Assembly (NCBI RefSeq): GCF_021869535.1
Contig: NW_026262712.1
Location: 77,066,001 to 77,130,000, forward strand
DNA length: 64,000 nucleotides
Direction of reading: 5' to 3'
DNA from: Mytilus californianus
Taxonomy: Eukaryota
Part shown: in pieces, positions 53,001 through 64,000 of the stretch
Layout: each line of letters starts with the position of its first letter
Position numbering within the stretch: the stretch's first letter is position 1
Notes under the pieces: generated by a model
The model's input: the letters and a program-made list of their open reading frames with translations, nothing else
What the model was told of the DNA's origin: nothing
The model's database searches: none
Made by a program: the position numbers and the translations under genes

Positions 53001-55820
53001 AGCAAACTTGCACATGTGTTACGTATCAATTAAATAAAGTGAACACCATACGATTAGGCAGAGGGTTTGTTAATCCTGAAAAATGTGAAGTTAACAATTG
53101 GAGAACTGTTTCTTATAGTCATCCATCCATGTCAACTTCAAGAAAAAGATCTAGATATAAAGCAGACCCTTTCCTTTCACTAAAGTATCTTAATTTCAAG
53201 TTCATTGTAATATATTATAAGCACAATATATCTGGTTTAATCCTATGGCGAGGATAAGATACCAGTTTAAAGTTTACACGAGCCATTTCATTGAATGGAA
53301 ATATATATATATAAAAGTAAATTAACAAAAATACCGAACTCCAAGGAAAATTCAAAACGGAAAGTCCTTTATCAAATGGCAAAATCAAAAGCTCAAACAC
53401 ATCAAACGAATGTAAAACCTTGATATGTAGTGCTACTTAAAGAACTTTATCTGGTCATGATTAAATAAAACCAACCATGATAAAGAGAGAAAATGTGGAA
53501 TTTTAGAGGGAATCAACAAACTTCAAAATTAAATTGTCGGAAATAACAAAAGGATTTATGTCCCCTCCGAATTTATTTCATCAGAGGGTAATTTTCAGAG
53601 CGACTTTCAAACTAACTAAAACTCACAGTATCATACACTAATGGTTGTGCTTTGAGGTTCTAACAATATTATACAGTTGTTTCCCTTGCCTTATTGAAAT
53701 ATTGAGATTTGTTCACCCAGGAAGATTCATATCGACCGAGGGCATTAAGACTTTTCGAGGGTGATCAAATCTTCTTAATCTGCAAAAACTATTTATTTAG
53801 CTGTTAATATATACATACAGTGGATTTCTGAACACCATAAGATCACAAATTGCTGTAAAAACAACACATAATGAGAACAATTTGATTTTGAAAAAAAAAA
53901 AAAAAAAAAAAAACAGAAACAGAGGAAAATCAACACACGAAATTTATCAATGGTCACTCAACAACTTTGAATTATATACTAGTTATTTTACATCTTCAGT
54001 GACCATGTTAAGGCTATTTGATTCTAAACAACGTACATTTACAATTCAAGAAGGAAAGTAACATACTATCATGGTTTAAACGCATGACATTTTTTTCATT
54101 TTGTGTTAACTTATAAGATATAGTATGAGAGTCCACTATAAAAAGTTTTATTTGACAGTAAAACCACCTGGAAATCAGTTGTAACAAATGTATAATTTGA
54201 AAAGTATAATAAACCTTTTTGTCATAAAAATATTCGCAAAGTAGAAAAGTCATAATATAAATGTATATTACATGGTACAAAGATTCTTTGAAGATATTAC
54301 AACTACTTGTTATATAATATATCACTAGTATGACAATAAAGTTAAAAGAGAAACAACATAAACAAATTACCATACTTGTTTCGCCAACGGGTTGTAAAAC
54401 AAAAATAAATCTTGATTTTCTTCGATTTAATGGGTGGTCGTTTTCTTTTTAAAAAAATTAGTAAACGTGCAGACATTTGGATGAGATAATTGATGTTCAT
54501 CTTAACTTGAAGTTGTTAAACACATTCACAGTCTATTATTATATTTACCAGTTACTTCAAGTTCTTCCCTAAGGATTGGTAGCATTCATTTACATTGTAA
54601 AGAATTCCATAAAAAGTACATTCGAGAAGATGCTGTAGTTTGATGTTTTCACACAAAATTCCCCGACAACTCGATAGATAGTCATCGTTTTCATTAGATA
54701 TTAAGATGGCATAGCTTAGTTTTCCATGTTAGTATTTCATCAGTGTTAGGGATAAGCATATTTCTATACCTCCGTCCAAAACTGAAGTAAGGACTGTTTA
54801 GTTCAGTGCTTGCACAAATTTGTGTTGGTTTATCCGTACACATATTTTGTCCTATTTGTTATGTTAGAGTATCATTGTAGTTGTTTTCGATAACTCTGCC
54901 TAATATAACATTACGTTACATATGAATGTTTTTTTTTCCTACAATAAAGAATTCGAGTAAAATATCATAGCTGTTTACAACCATTTATAAGGTGTTCTAA
55001 TAAAAAATAGCTTTTGTAAAACATTTCTTTCAATTAACAAAATGTGTTAACATAGGAAATAAATAAAAGGTATACGTCAACGAGACAGCATTCCAAAACA
55101 CCTTAAAGCAAAAGAGAGTCATCTTTGCTGAGGTATTTTTGATGGACTCCATGGGTTAAAAACATGGTGGGTATATATAAAAATAAGGTGTGGTATGATT
55201 GCAAATGAGACATCTCTTCACCAGATACCAAAATGACATAGAATACAGATATAAGAAGATGTGGTATAGAAGTTTACAACTATAGGTCACCGTACGACAT
55301 CCAACAATGAGCAAAACCCATTCCGCATAGTAAGCTATAATAGGCCCCGATATGACAAATGTAAAACAATTTAAACAAGAAAACTAACGGCCTAAATTAT
55401 GTACCAAACAATGAACGAAAAACAAATATGATATACAGCAACAAACGACAACCACTGAATTACAGGCTCCTGACTTGGAACAGACACATACGGAATAAGC
55501 CGGGGTTAAACTAGTTTGTTGGCACCAAACCCTCCCCTAACCTGGGATAGTGGTTTAACAGTACAACAGTACAACATAGTTAAACAATTAAAACATAAAA
55601 AAACAACGACCCAATTTATTTCTGTACAAAGTAACAAACGAAAAACAAATATGACATACAGCAACAAACGACAACCATTGAATTACAGGCTCCTGACTTG
55701 GGACAGGCACATACAGAATGTGGCGGGGTTAAACTAGTTTGCGGGAATCAACCCTCCCCTGACCTGGGACAGCGGTGTAACAAAAATAAACTCATGATAG
55801 ATACATTGATTAAAATTTTG

Positions 55821-55867
55821 TATGCTAGACGCGCGTTTCGTCTACAAAAGACTCATCAGTGACGCTC
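55821..55867 (-). ncRNA. Type-I hammerhead ribozyme motif, family 1, intact core
   Basis: GCGTCA-CTGATGA-GTC(ttttgta)GAC-GAAA-CGCGCG-TC-TAGCAT; GUC cleavage triplet, palindrome ACGCGCGT, weakened stem I. Confidence 0.72.
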
Positions 55868-57339
55868 GAATCACAAACGTGAAAATGGCCAAATAAAGTA
55901 AGAAGTTGAAGAGCAAAGAGGACCCAATAACACAACATAAGAACAAAGTAATGTTTATCTGTGCGAGGATAATGCTGATTTTGTTCTTGAAAGATTGAAT
56001 AAACATCGTTAAATTTTAAGAAAAATGTATGGTACATTCAGCTAACAAAAGTCCTTAAGTGGGATGCTCCCAAGTTCGAACAAAAGTGTTGATTTAGAGA
56101 TTTTAATTCATCAATCAAAATTTTAAAAAGTTTACTCAATGATTACATAATTAAATTCTTTGATATTGTATTACATTTTTTTACGTTTATACGTACTTCG
56201 TTGATACCTTGGAGCAACCTGAATAACCAACAACATGCATTCAGTCAGAAACATTGTGTACTGAATTTCGTTTAACCAATTTTACCACAATTGACGTAAA
56301 AATAAATAACCGTATGATTCATGATTTTATCGTATAATGATAATATCAAAAATTGGGCATAAAATATTTATAAAATATTATATTAGTAGTTAAATGATAA
56401 ATTAAACTTGAATGCACCTTAAAAGTTGCATAATATAACAATAAGACAACATTAATTTTAATGCTTTACCTACAGGAAGAGGGCAATGTATCACTTTCAT
56501 ATGCTTTCATTATATTCATATTTGAGTTGCTACTATATAGGTGGTCGTTTTAATATTCAATTTAAGATTTCATTTACTACATAAGTGATTTATTGTGTGA
56601 TATCCGAGGATAATTTAACATATATATTAGATTGATTTTCAGAAATGTTACAATACGAGCAGTTTTTAACCTCAAAATTCATACTCAATTCTACATATCA
56701 GAATGATGACTGTTACTTTAGTTCGATTAATTAATATATATATAAAAACATATCTAATATCATAGTATTTTATCTTTTTTTTATTAAAAAATCTAAGTAT
56801 TGTTCAGCAAGTACACATATAGTATTGGATACACGTGAGAGATAGTGTTACCGTAATAATTTTCTCACACTATTTATGAATAAACTTTTTTGTGGATTAT
56901 GTATATACTTTAAACATGACATCTGACCAGATTAACTCTGAAATATTCTATTCACTTTTTTCCTTGAACGTGCAAGTTGTTATTTATTGCCAGGTTGTAG
57001 TAATTGTTTTGGTCGAGCATAATCGCCATAATCAGATGTAGCTAGTGGAGCAGGAAATTTTCACCATTCCAGAGCAGTTAAGTTCACCAACAATTTTGGT
57101 GGGATTCGTTTTGCTTAATATCTAGCATTTTGTGAAATATTCATGAACTCGTCTTTTTTCGGCTGGCCATGTTGTTGTTTGTTTTATTTCGATTTATAGC
57201 ATTTGATGATCCAATTGGTGTTTTATTGCTTTATGTAATCGTATGTGTTAATTTCTTCTTAATCTTAATTGTCTTGGATTCTCAATTTCTCTGGCGAAGG
57301 TCGGTTGTTATCTCCGGGCTCGTCGGGTTCCTCCAACAA

Positions 57340-57800
57340 TAAAATTCTATGAAAAACGGGATGATTTCAGTTTTCCAATTGCGAAGTTCCCATTTCTCAG
57401 AAGTAACATACATTCTGCTCCATCGCATGGCGTTTACATTTCTCTATTTATACGTTACGCCCATGCGTGTTTACATTATACAGGGGTGTGCTCCTGATAC
57501 AAATACTGATTCTAGGGTTGAGAGGGAAAACGACTGAAATCGATACTATAAATGAGTTTTATGGTTAGTAGCGCGAATTGGTTGAAATATACAATGTGTC
57601 TATGTCTTTATGCAGTAGCGACATGTTTTCGAAGTCTTATGTTCCTTAGATATATACTAGAAGAGTCGTCTGATCTTTCTATTTACCGATTGTGTCTCAT
57701 TCTCTTTTGTGACATTCCGATTTTGTGTGGAGTCGGATAGTTGGTGATGCATGCACTGCAGGAGACACTTGCCCTGTCGACTAAGCCAATCTCGTTTCGT
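57340..57800 (+). pseudogene. Penelope-like RT C-terminal remnant
   Basis: KFYEKRDDFSFPIAKFPFLRSNIHSAPSHGVYISLFIRYAHAC. Confidence 0.75.
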
Positions 57801-58934
57801 TTTGGAGAGTTTAAGAGTTTTTTTTATCTTGAATTGTACATTTTGAATGGATTTGTGTGATTTGGATACCGGTAAACTTATAACTCTATATAAACCCAAA
57901 GATGTGTGATTAATGGGACGTTTGAAATCTACCACGATTTATTTGTGTGTAACTCGTTTCGAATTCGAATTGCAGTATTATACGTACCCTGTTTCACAAT
58001 ATATATTTGTCTGTACTATAACACTTGTTGGGAAGGCCATACTGCTATACCATGCCACTGAGTTCTACCAGATTGTGTTTGGTAAGGCTTGTTAATCTAC
58101 CAGATTGTTTGGTAATGCTTGTTAATCCTTCGTTTTGTAGGCTATTGATTGTCTTTAAATCGTTTCCTTTCGGGGATCCTTGTATTTTTTTCTGTTGTTT
58201 GATATAGATTTTGTTCCAGTATTGTATCATATTGAATTTCATGTATGTTTTTGATGGTACCCTTTATTTGCATTTTGTTTTACAAAAGTTTCTTTTATGT
58301 TTATAGGCACTTTCAAATACATGTATTTTCACTTAAAATTCCTGTTTCAGTTTCTAAAGTAGACAGGGTTAAAAACCGGTCAAAATTTTATGGTACAATA
58401 CCCCAAAAGGTTATCAACTACAACTGGAGGCAAACCAGAAAAAAATATCATGCGATAGAATTTAATTTGAAGATTCGGAAATTTCCATGTATGGCTGTCA
58501 CATTTAAGCCGCTGAACATGGGCCAGAAAATAAATTCATAGAGTAATCATGATTTACTAATCGCATGACTGAAACATTCTTGGCAAACATAATTCATGTT
58601 ACGTAACCGTAAAAGTACATACAATTGTAATAATACGTTACTTAAGCACATTAATCTGTGATAGATTGATTTACAAATACATTGTATTCAGGGAAGCAGA
58701 ATTTTCTTTAATCTTTAAAACATGAAAGCCTTACATATCTGAATCATATATGGTCATATATAGAAATATTACTACTCATAACAGGATCTTGCCCTGTTAA
58801 TACAACTTAGGATTTGTGCTTTCCCTCTATTTTGGTGAATATTTGTGAAACTAACATTCACCAATGTGTGCCTGGCGCCAATATCAGAACCTTATCTTGA
58901 ATAGTGTTTCTAATTTTTTCTTATATATTTCCAG

Positions 58935-59054
58935 AAGATGCATGCAAAAAAGGAACCCATGACTGCCACAAAGATGCAATATGTATTAGTACTAGAAAAA
59001 GTTATACTTGTAAATGTAATCCGGGTTATTATGATGACAAAAAGGTTTGTAAAG
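58935..59054 (+). CDS. SCUBE: SCUBE-like EGF1 exon: EDACKKGTHDCHKDAICISTRKSYTCKCNPGYYDDKKVCK
   Basis: 120 bp, phase 1-1, 6 Cys; resembles SCUBE EGF1 ([20 protein letters not shown]). NAGNAG acceptor. Confidence 0.92.
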
Positions 59055-59496
59055 GTAAGACATGTGTCAAATTATCATTATAACTGCATCCTATATCAAA
59101 TTGAGGAGATGTGGTAATCTTCCCAGTGAGACAACTATCCACCAGAGTTAAAATGAAGTGTGACCTTTAACAATAAGCAAAAAACCCATACCAACCGTAT
59201 AATCGGCTATTATAGGCCCCGTCATGAAAAATGTTAAACAATTCAACAAAACAATTTACGAAAAACAAATATGACAGACATGAACCAACGGTAACCAATG
59301 TACAACAGGTTCCTGTCTTGGGAAAGGCACATAAAGAAATCCGGGTACGCATATTTCTCTAAATTACCTGTAATAACTTACTTTATTTACTTTACCTATC
59401 AGATGACAAAATATATTTTGTAATTACTATTTGAGACTTTTGCTAATTATTTGAACGATATTCACAATTAAAACTATCTTTATGTATACATTTTAG

Positions 59497-59619
59497 ACAG
59501 AGACGAATGCAATTATGATAATGGAGGTTGTGTCCATTTTTGCCATAATACACCAGGAAATTACACATGTAGTTGTAAACCAGGTTTCATCCTGGACAAA
59601 GATGGCCAGAACTGTATAG
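59497..59619 (+). CDS. SCUBE: SCUBE-like EGF2 (Ca-binding) exon: [41 protein letters not shown]
   Basis: 123 bp, phase 1-1, GTGAGT donor; resembles SCUBE EGF2 (NGGCVHECINIPGNYRC). Confidence 0.93.
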   Translation, partial: TETNAIMIMEVVSIFAIIHQEITHVVVNQVSSWTKMARTV

Positions 59620-60184
59620 GTGAGTCGTAAAACAAGAACAGTAAGACGACCAATGGTAACAATGAATTATAAAAGAGATGAGTGCTTCAAACGAAGATTA
59701 TAAGTATCGCATCGCCAGACACCGGTTTCTCTTTGATTTTTCTCTATCCACTTTGGATGCGAGTTAAAAAAAAATATAATAATTCAGCTAATCAAAAGCT
59801 TTATAAAGGAATTAACGCTCCAACCCAAGAATGAATGTTGAATTACCGCCACAAAGATGGCAAGGACATGTGGCGGACGGAGATAATCTGCAATATGCAC
59901 GAAGTTTTTTCATAAAGAGTAGCATAATGATATAACCACCTTCTACATCCTTACTATGAGCGTACCACGGAAATCGATGCAAATGTTTAAGTAACTACCA
60001 CTGGGTCAGTGTCTGTGATGATGGGCTGTCAGTCCATGAGAGTATCATCCATCCAATCAGGTGCCAATGTTTCTCCACTGGACTGGCATAATTTGAAAAA
60101 TACATTCTCACTGTAACTATCCGTAGATTAATTCTAAACATTAAGACAAATTGAAGGATTTCATTCTTGTTTGCTTAAATTAAT

Positions 60185-60560
60185 AAAAAGAATGGCTAAC
60201 CTTGATACAACTGTCTTGTTTGAGGAAGGATAAATCATACTTTGTAAAAAAAACACTCTGATTCAAATAAAAACATCTTTGAGACTGACATCATCAAGCT
60301 GCTTGGTATCTGGATTGACAACATATTTCGTACGTTTTGAGGACGTGTTTTACAACAAACAATCAGCATTCCTATGGGAACTTACTTTGCTCCTCTTCTT
60401 ACCGTCTTATTCCTTCATTTATTTGAGGCAGACTTCATACAGGAACTCCTCATGAAGAATGGAAAAAAGCTAGCATTATCCATTAACCTCACGCTCCGGT
60501 GTGCATATGTTGTCCTCTCACTAAATAATCAAAAGTTTGGTGACTGCGTTGAACGCATCT
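60185..60560 (+). pseudogene. Penelope-like RT core remnant
   Basis: DKSYFVKKHSDS...IDNIF...QQTISIPMGTYFAPLL..LFL..FEADFIQELL...KKLA; catalytic YIDD decayed to CAYV. Confidence 0.8.
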
Positions 60561-60650
60561 TTACCTCTTGTTGCACATGTGAATATAGCATATTGTATTG
60601 TATTGTATTGAAACGATGACTTCAACTTTAACACTTGAAGTCATCGTTTC

Positions 60651-61547
60651 AATACAATACAATACAATACAATATGCTTTATTCACATGTGCAACAAGAG
60701 GTAAACATATACAAAATACAATCACATACAATCATAAAAAGAAATAAAACAACTCTAAAATGGAATACATTAATAATAACTATACTTTATAATACTTTAA
60801 TAAACGTTGAAACGAATAAAGATACATTTTTTTGTACCTTTATATTACCCAATGATAGTAATCCTTTCATTTTTTGCTGCGCTGGGATATTTAACATAGT
60901 ACTGAGGAATGTGTTGATTTCTGATATTTTTTTACTAAGATGGAATTGCATTCGAATAAGTAATGGTATTCATTACCAATAGCATTCGAACACATATTAC
61001 ATACCCTCTCTTCTTTCGGAATATTGTACCATCTACCCAGCTCTACTGGAATTTTCACATTACAGCATCTTAATTTTGAAATATATTCACGTTCGAGTGG
61101 TGATAATTGTACAAGATACTATTCTAGACCAAACATTGTTTTAAATAGACCGTAAAATTCACCTCTGGAAGAATTGTCATTTTGACTATACTATTATTGA
61201 ATGTATGCATCTTTAAGATTTTGTTTCAGAACGTTTTTCAAATTGATTTATGTCTACTGGCAATTGCCGAGTCCAAACATAGTGAAGTCCAGAATTGTCT
61301 AAAATCGATTTAAGTTGGTCAATCCACTTGAACGTGTAATCATCTTTTAAGTTGAACATTATTTGATACATGGTATTGCTTAGTTTGTTTTCATTGGCGA
61401 GAAGTTTATTCCAAAAACACACCATTCTAACTTTTATTATCGTATCTATTGGTGTACGACCAAGTTCTCCATATGTCATAAAATTTGGTGTCGAGGATCA
61501 AATTTTTAACACATTTCGGCAAAACTGCAGTTGAATTTTTTCCAGCA
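60651..61547 (-). mobile_element. 5'-truncated CR1/L2-group LINE with AATAAA and an (ATTGT)n tail
   Basis: LEKIQLQFCRNVLKI*SSTPNFMTYGELGRTPID...PVELGRWYNIPKEERVCNMCSNAIGNEYHYLFEC. Confidence 0.85.
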
Positions 61548-62305
61548 TGTAATTGTTCGAAATTTTACGGACGCAATTACGAGTTGGGTGACCTTTATGT
61601 AATATCTGTGTCACAGATGACCACGGATATTTTTCAATTTATTGTACCACAACCCGTCTTCTTTTCCTCAATTGTGACATCACAGAATGACATATACATC
61701 GCTACTGGTAAACTGTAAGTCTCTGAGCCCTGAAGCTCAGTTCTTCGGAACTGATATGAAAATACGGATATTTTTACTTGAAATTTGCTGTTATAAAAAA
61801 TAGAAATCAATTTGAATTAAGGAATGTATCTTCCTCATGCATAGCTTTGATTTCTTGTCCGGATTTGGTTATGCCTTTTGGCCCTTTTTGATTAAATAAG
61901 CTGTTAAATGTTTGTACTAGATTTAGATTTTTAAATATTTAGACCTGGAACAACACTAAAAAGACATTAGTTGAATATGAAATGTGCATCTGGTGCAGTA
62001 AAACGGGTTAAATTAATGATATTACAAAATTGTCCCTGAGTGATATTGTATCTATGATTTATGAAATTTGTTGGCTTTAGCAGATCATTTCTTGAATGTT
62101 GTATTCAAAGGTATTCAATTGCCGATTCGCTACTTAAGACTTATTTACGACACACGAATGCAATTTTAATTAGCTGCATTTTTCTGCTAATTCCACAAAT
62201 AATGTTTTGCATTACTTGCACTTAAGTATCTGTTAAAAGATAAATTGTTGCTGCAAACCTTCGTTTACTTATTTAATTCATCTGTCTGTTTCGATTAAAT
62301 TTTAG

Positions 62306-62431
62306 ATGCGAATGAATGCTTTACGGCCAAAGGTGGATGTCAGCACCAATGTGTTAACAGCATGGGAAGTTATGAGTGTAGGTGTAATGCTGGGTACTCC
62401 TTATCCTCAGCAGATTCCAAATCTTGCCAAT
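62306..62431 (+). CDS. SCUBE: SCUBE-like EGF3 (Ca-binding) exon: [42 protein letters not shown]
   Basis: 126 bp, phase 1-1, GTGAGT donor; resembles SCUBE EGF3 (GGCQQICVNAMGSYEC). Confidence 0.93.
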
Positions 62432-62689
62432 GTGAGTTCATATATGTGCACACGTTTTTGAATTTCTTTTCCATTGACACGTTGTTTTATAAAATAAAGA
62501 AGAGGAATTAAATTCTACAAACCTGTTTTTTGGTAGAATGCAGTGTAAAATGTGGTTTTTCGAATGAATTGAAGTTAATTGTTTTTTTAGAATGACCTGC
62601 AAATCTGCACATGTCTTTCAGGGTGTAAACCGTAACGTATGTACATCTATTTTGTTATTGATAAAAAGCGGCTTAAATAGCAAATTTTA

Positions 62690-63160
62690 TATATACAGCC
62701 ATGAAATTAAGCCTAACAATGTTAAATCCTCTAATTTGCGGAAGACTTTGTCCAACCCCTCAGTGGGATTTGAAATCATGCGTCTGTGACATTGTGCTAT
62801 ATTGACTGGCACTATGTCTAACACCCTTGACCACTCGACCAATTAGAAAATAATAAATAATAAAAAAAAAAATAAGAATGTTTCTGCCAGTCGTAAAGAA
62901 TAATGAATACTTACCAGTCACACCAATATGTTCCGATTTTAAACGTTTGAATATGAGATACCTATACGATTGACATTCTCCATCGGATAACATAGGATTA
63001 TACAAGTTTAACACATCACATTACATATACTTATCTGAAATTAAAACTAACAATGTTAATAGATCTGCAAATTTACGATAGCAAATTTGTATACTTCTGT
63101 GAACGGAAATTGAATCCTTTGTACTGTGACACTGTTTCCAGTGCCTCGGGATACCACAAT
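62690..63160 (-). mobile_element. tRNA-like-head tandem-unit family, copy 3 (degenerate dimer, ~340 bp period)
   Basis: Minus-strand head TTGGTCGAGTGGTCAAG...TTTCAAATCCC (62846-62765); second unit end gcaaatttgcagatct at ~63061-63090; linker gttatccgatggagaa matches 17026-17041. Confidence 0.65.
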
Positions 63161-64000
63161 AGGCTACATAACATATCTCTATTCCGTTAGTCGATAGTGA
63201 CTTTATATAGAACAAGACATATGGTTGCATTAATGTAAAGAAAGATAAAGACTAACCATGCAGTTTAAAAAAAAACAACTTTGTGAAGACTTTATGGACG
63301 TGTTCACACCAAACGTCGCGTACTGTAAACCTATTTACAATTATCCTCATGTAATAAACACTGGTTTCACATACAATTTGTTCTCATCTGTTCACCGGTT
63401 TTTATTACCTACCTGTAAAGGAGATTTGTTCACACGATTAAACTAGAAGTAAATTAAGAGAACATTACATTGTGTTGAAATGCAAAATTCTCTGTCAATC
63501 TCTGTAGTAGTCATGCAAAAAGTTTTTGTTTTATTTGGGTAACTTTGTCACTATAAAGATTGCATAATAATTAAGCAGACCGCAGCAGTGTTACCATAGG
63601 CAAACCGAAAAGGGTTGAAATGGTCGGGTTATTAAAAAACGCAGGATAAATCCATTTTCAACTTTTACGTTCGTTACACATGGTATTGCACCTAAAAGAA
63701 GTATTCGCAATTTAGAAACCGTCGTCAATTGAACATTGTATGAAACTGATTTCTGCGAATTTATTTTCACGAACTAAATAAGCCGTACTACCAACAGGCG
63801 TATAATGAATATTCCATTCACAAAAAATCTCCTGCAACCCCTCCCCAACCACCACCACCACCATCTCCTGAAATCTTATGGTTGACCTCTAAGTCTATTT
63901 AAGGTAGCACTACAGTCAGAATTTTCTGACTCCAACCAACAGTCTTTAAAGATTAATTTCTCCAAAACTACTCAATGGATTTTTAAAATCTTTAACTCAT

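Noticed and set aside
53704-53773. Short imperfect inverted repeat gagatttgttcaccc/gggtgatcaaatctt
   Set aside because: Probably a decayed MITE; too degenerate to support a call.

Overview
AT-rich eukaryotic (intron-exon) DNA. The repeat landscape looks like a mytilid mussel (Mytilus-type); this is my inference, not a database result. The supplied ORF track misses nearly all real exons. Three protein-coding genes can be assembled by hand from GT-AG exons with consistent phases. (1) MBIP (MAP3K12-binding inhibitory protein 1) on the minus strand, six exons between 822 and 6165, with its 3' end running off the left edge. (2) An unannotated secreted ~230-aa single-domain protein on the plus strand (candidate exons 22372-22399, 35203-35844, 37293-37315). 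(3) The 5' part of a SCUBE-like signal-peptide/EGF gene on the plus strand (48892-49000, 58935-59054, 59497-59619, 62306-62431), continuing off the right edge. The rest is dense in mobile DNA: Penelope-like (PLE) remnants, CR1/L2-group LINE 3' ends, tRNA-derived SINE-like heads, hAT, PIF/Harbinger and MULE-type non-autonomous elements, a Helentron-like satellite element and many minisatellites. The most notable hidden layer is several families of type-I hammerhead-ribozyme (HHR) motifs in ~290-350 bp tandem units (retrozyme-like). One family pairs an HHR-like core with a tRNA-like Pol III promoter. There is no rRNA, no intact tRNA gene, no CRISPR array and no intact transposase or reverse transcriptase.
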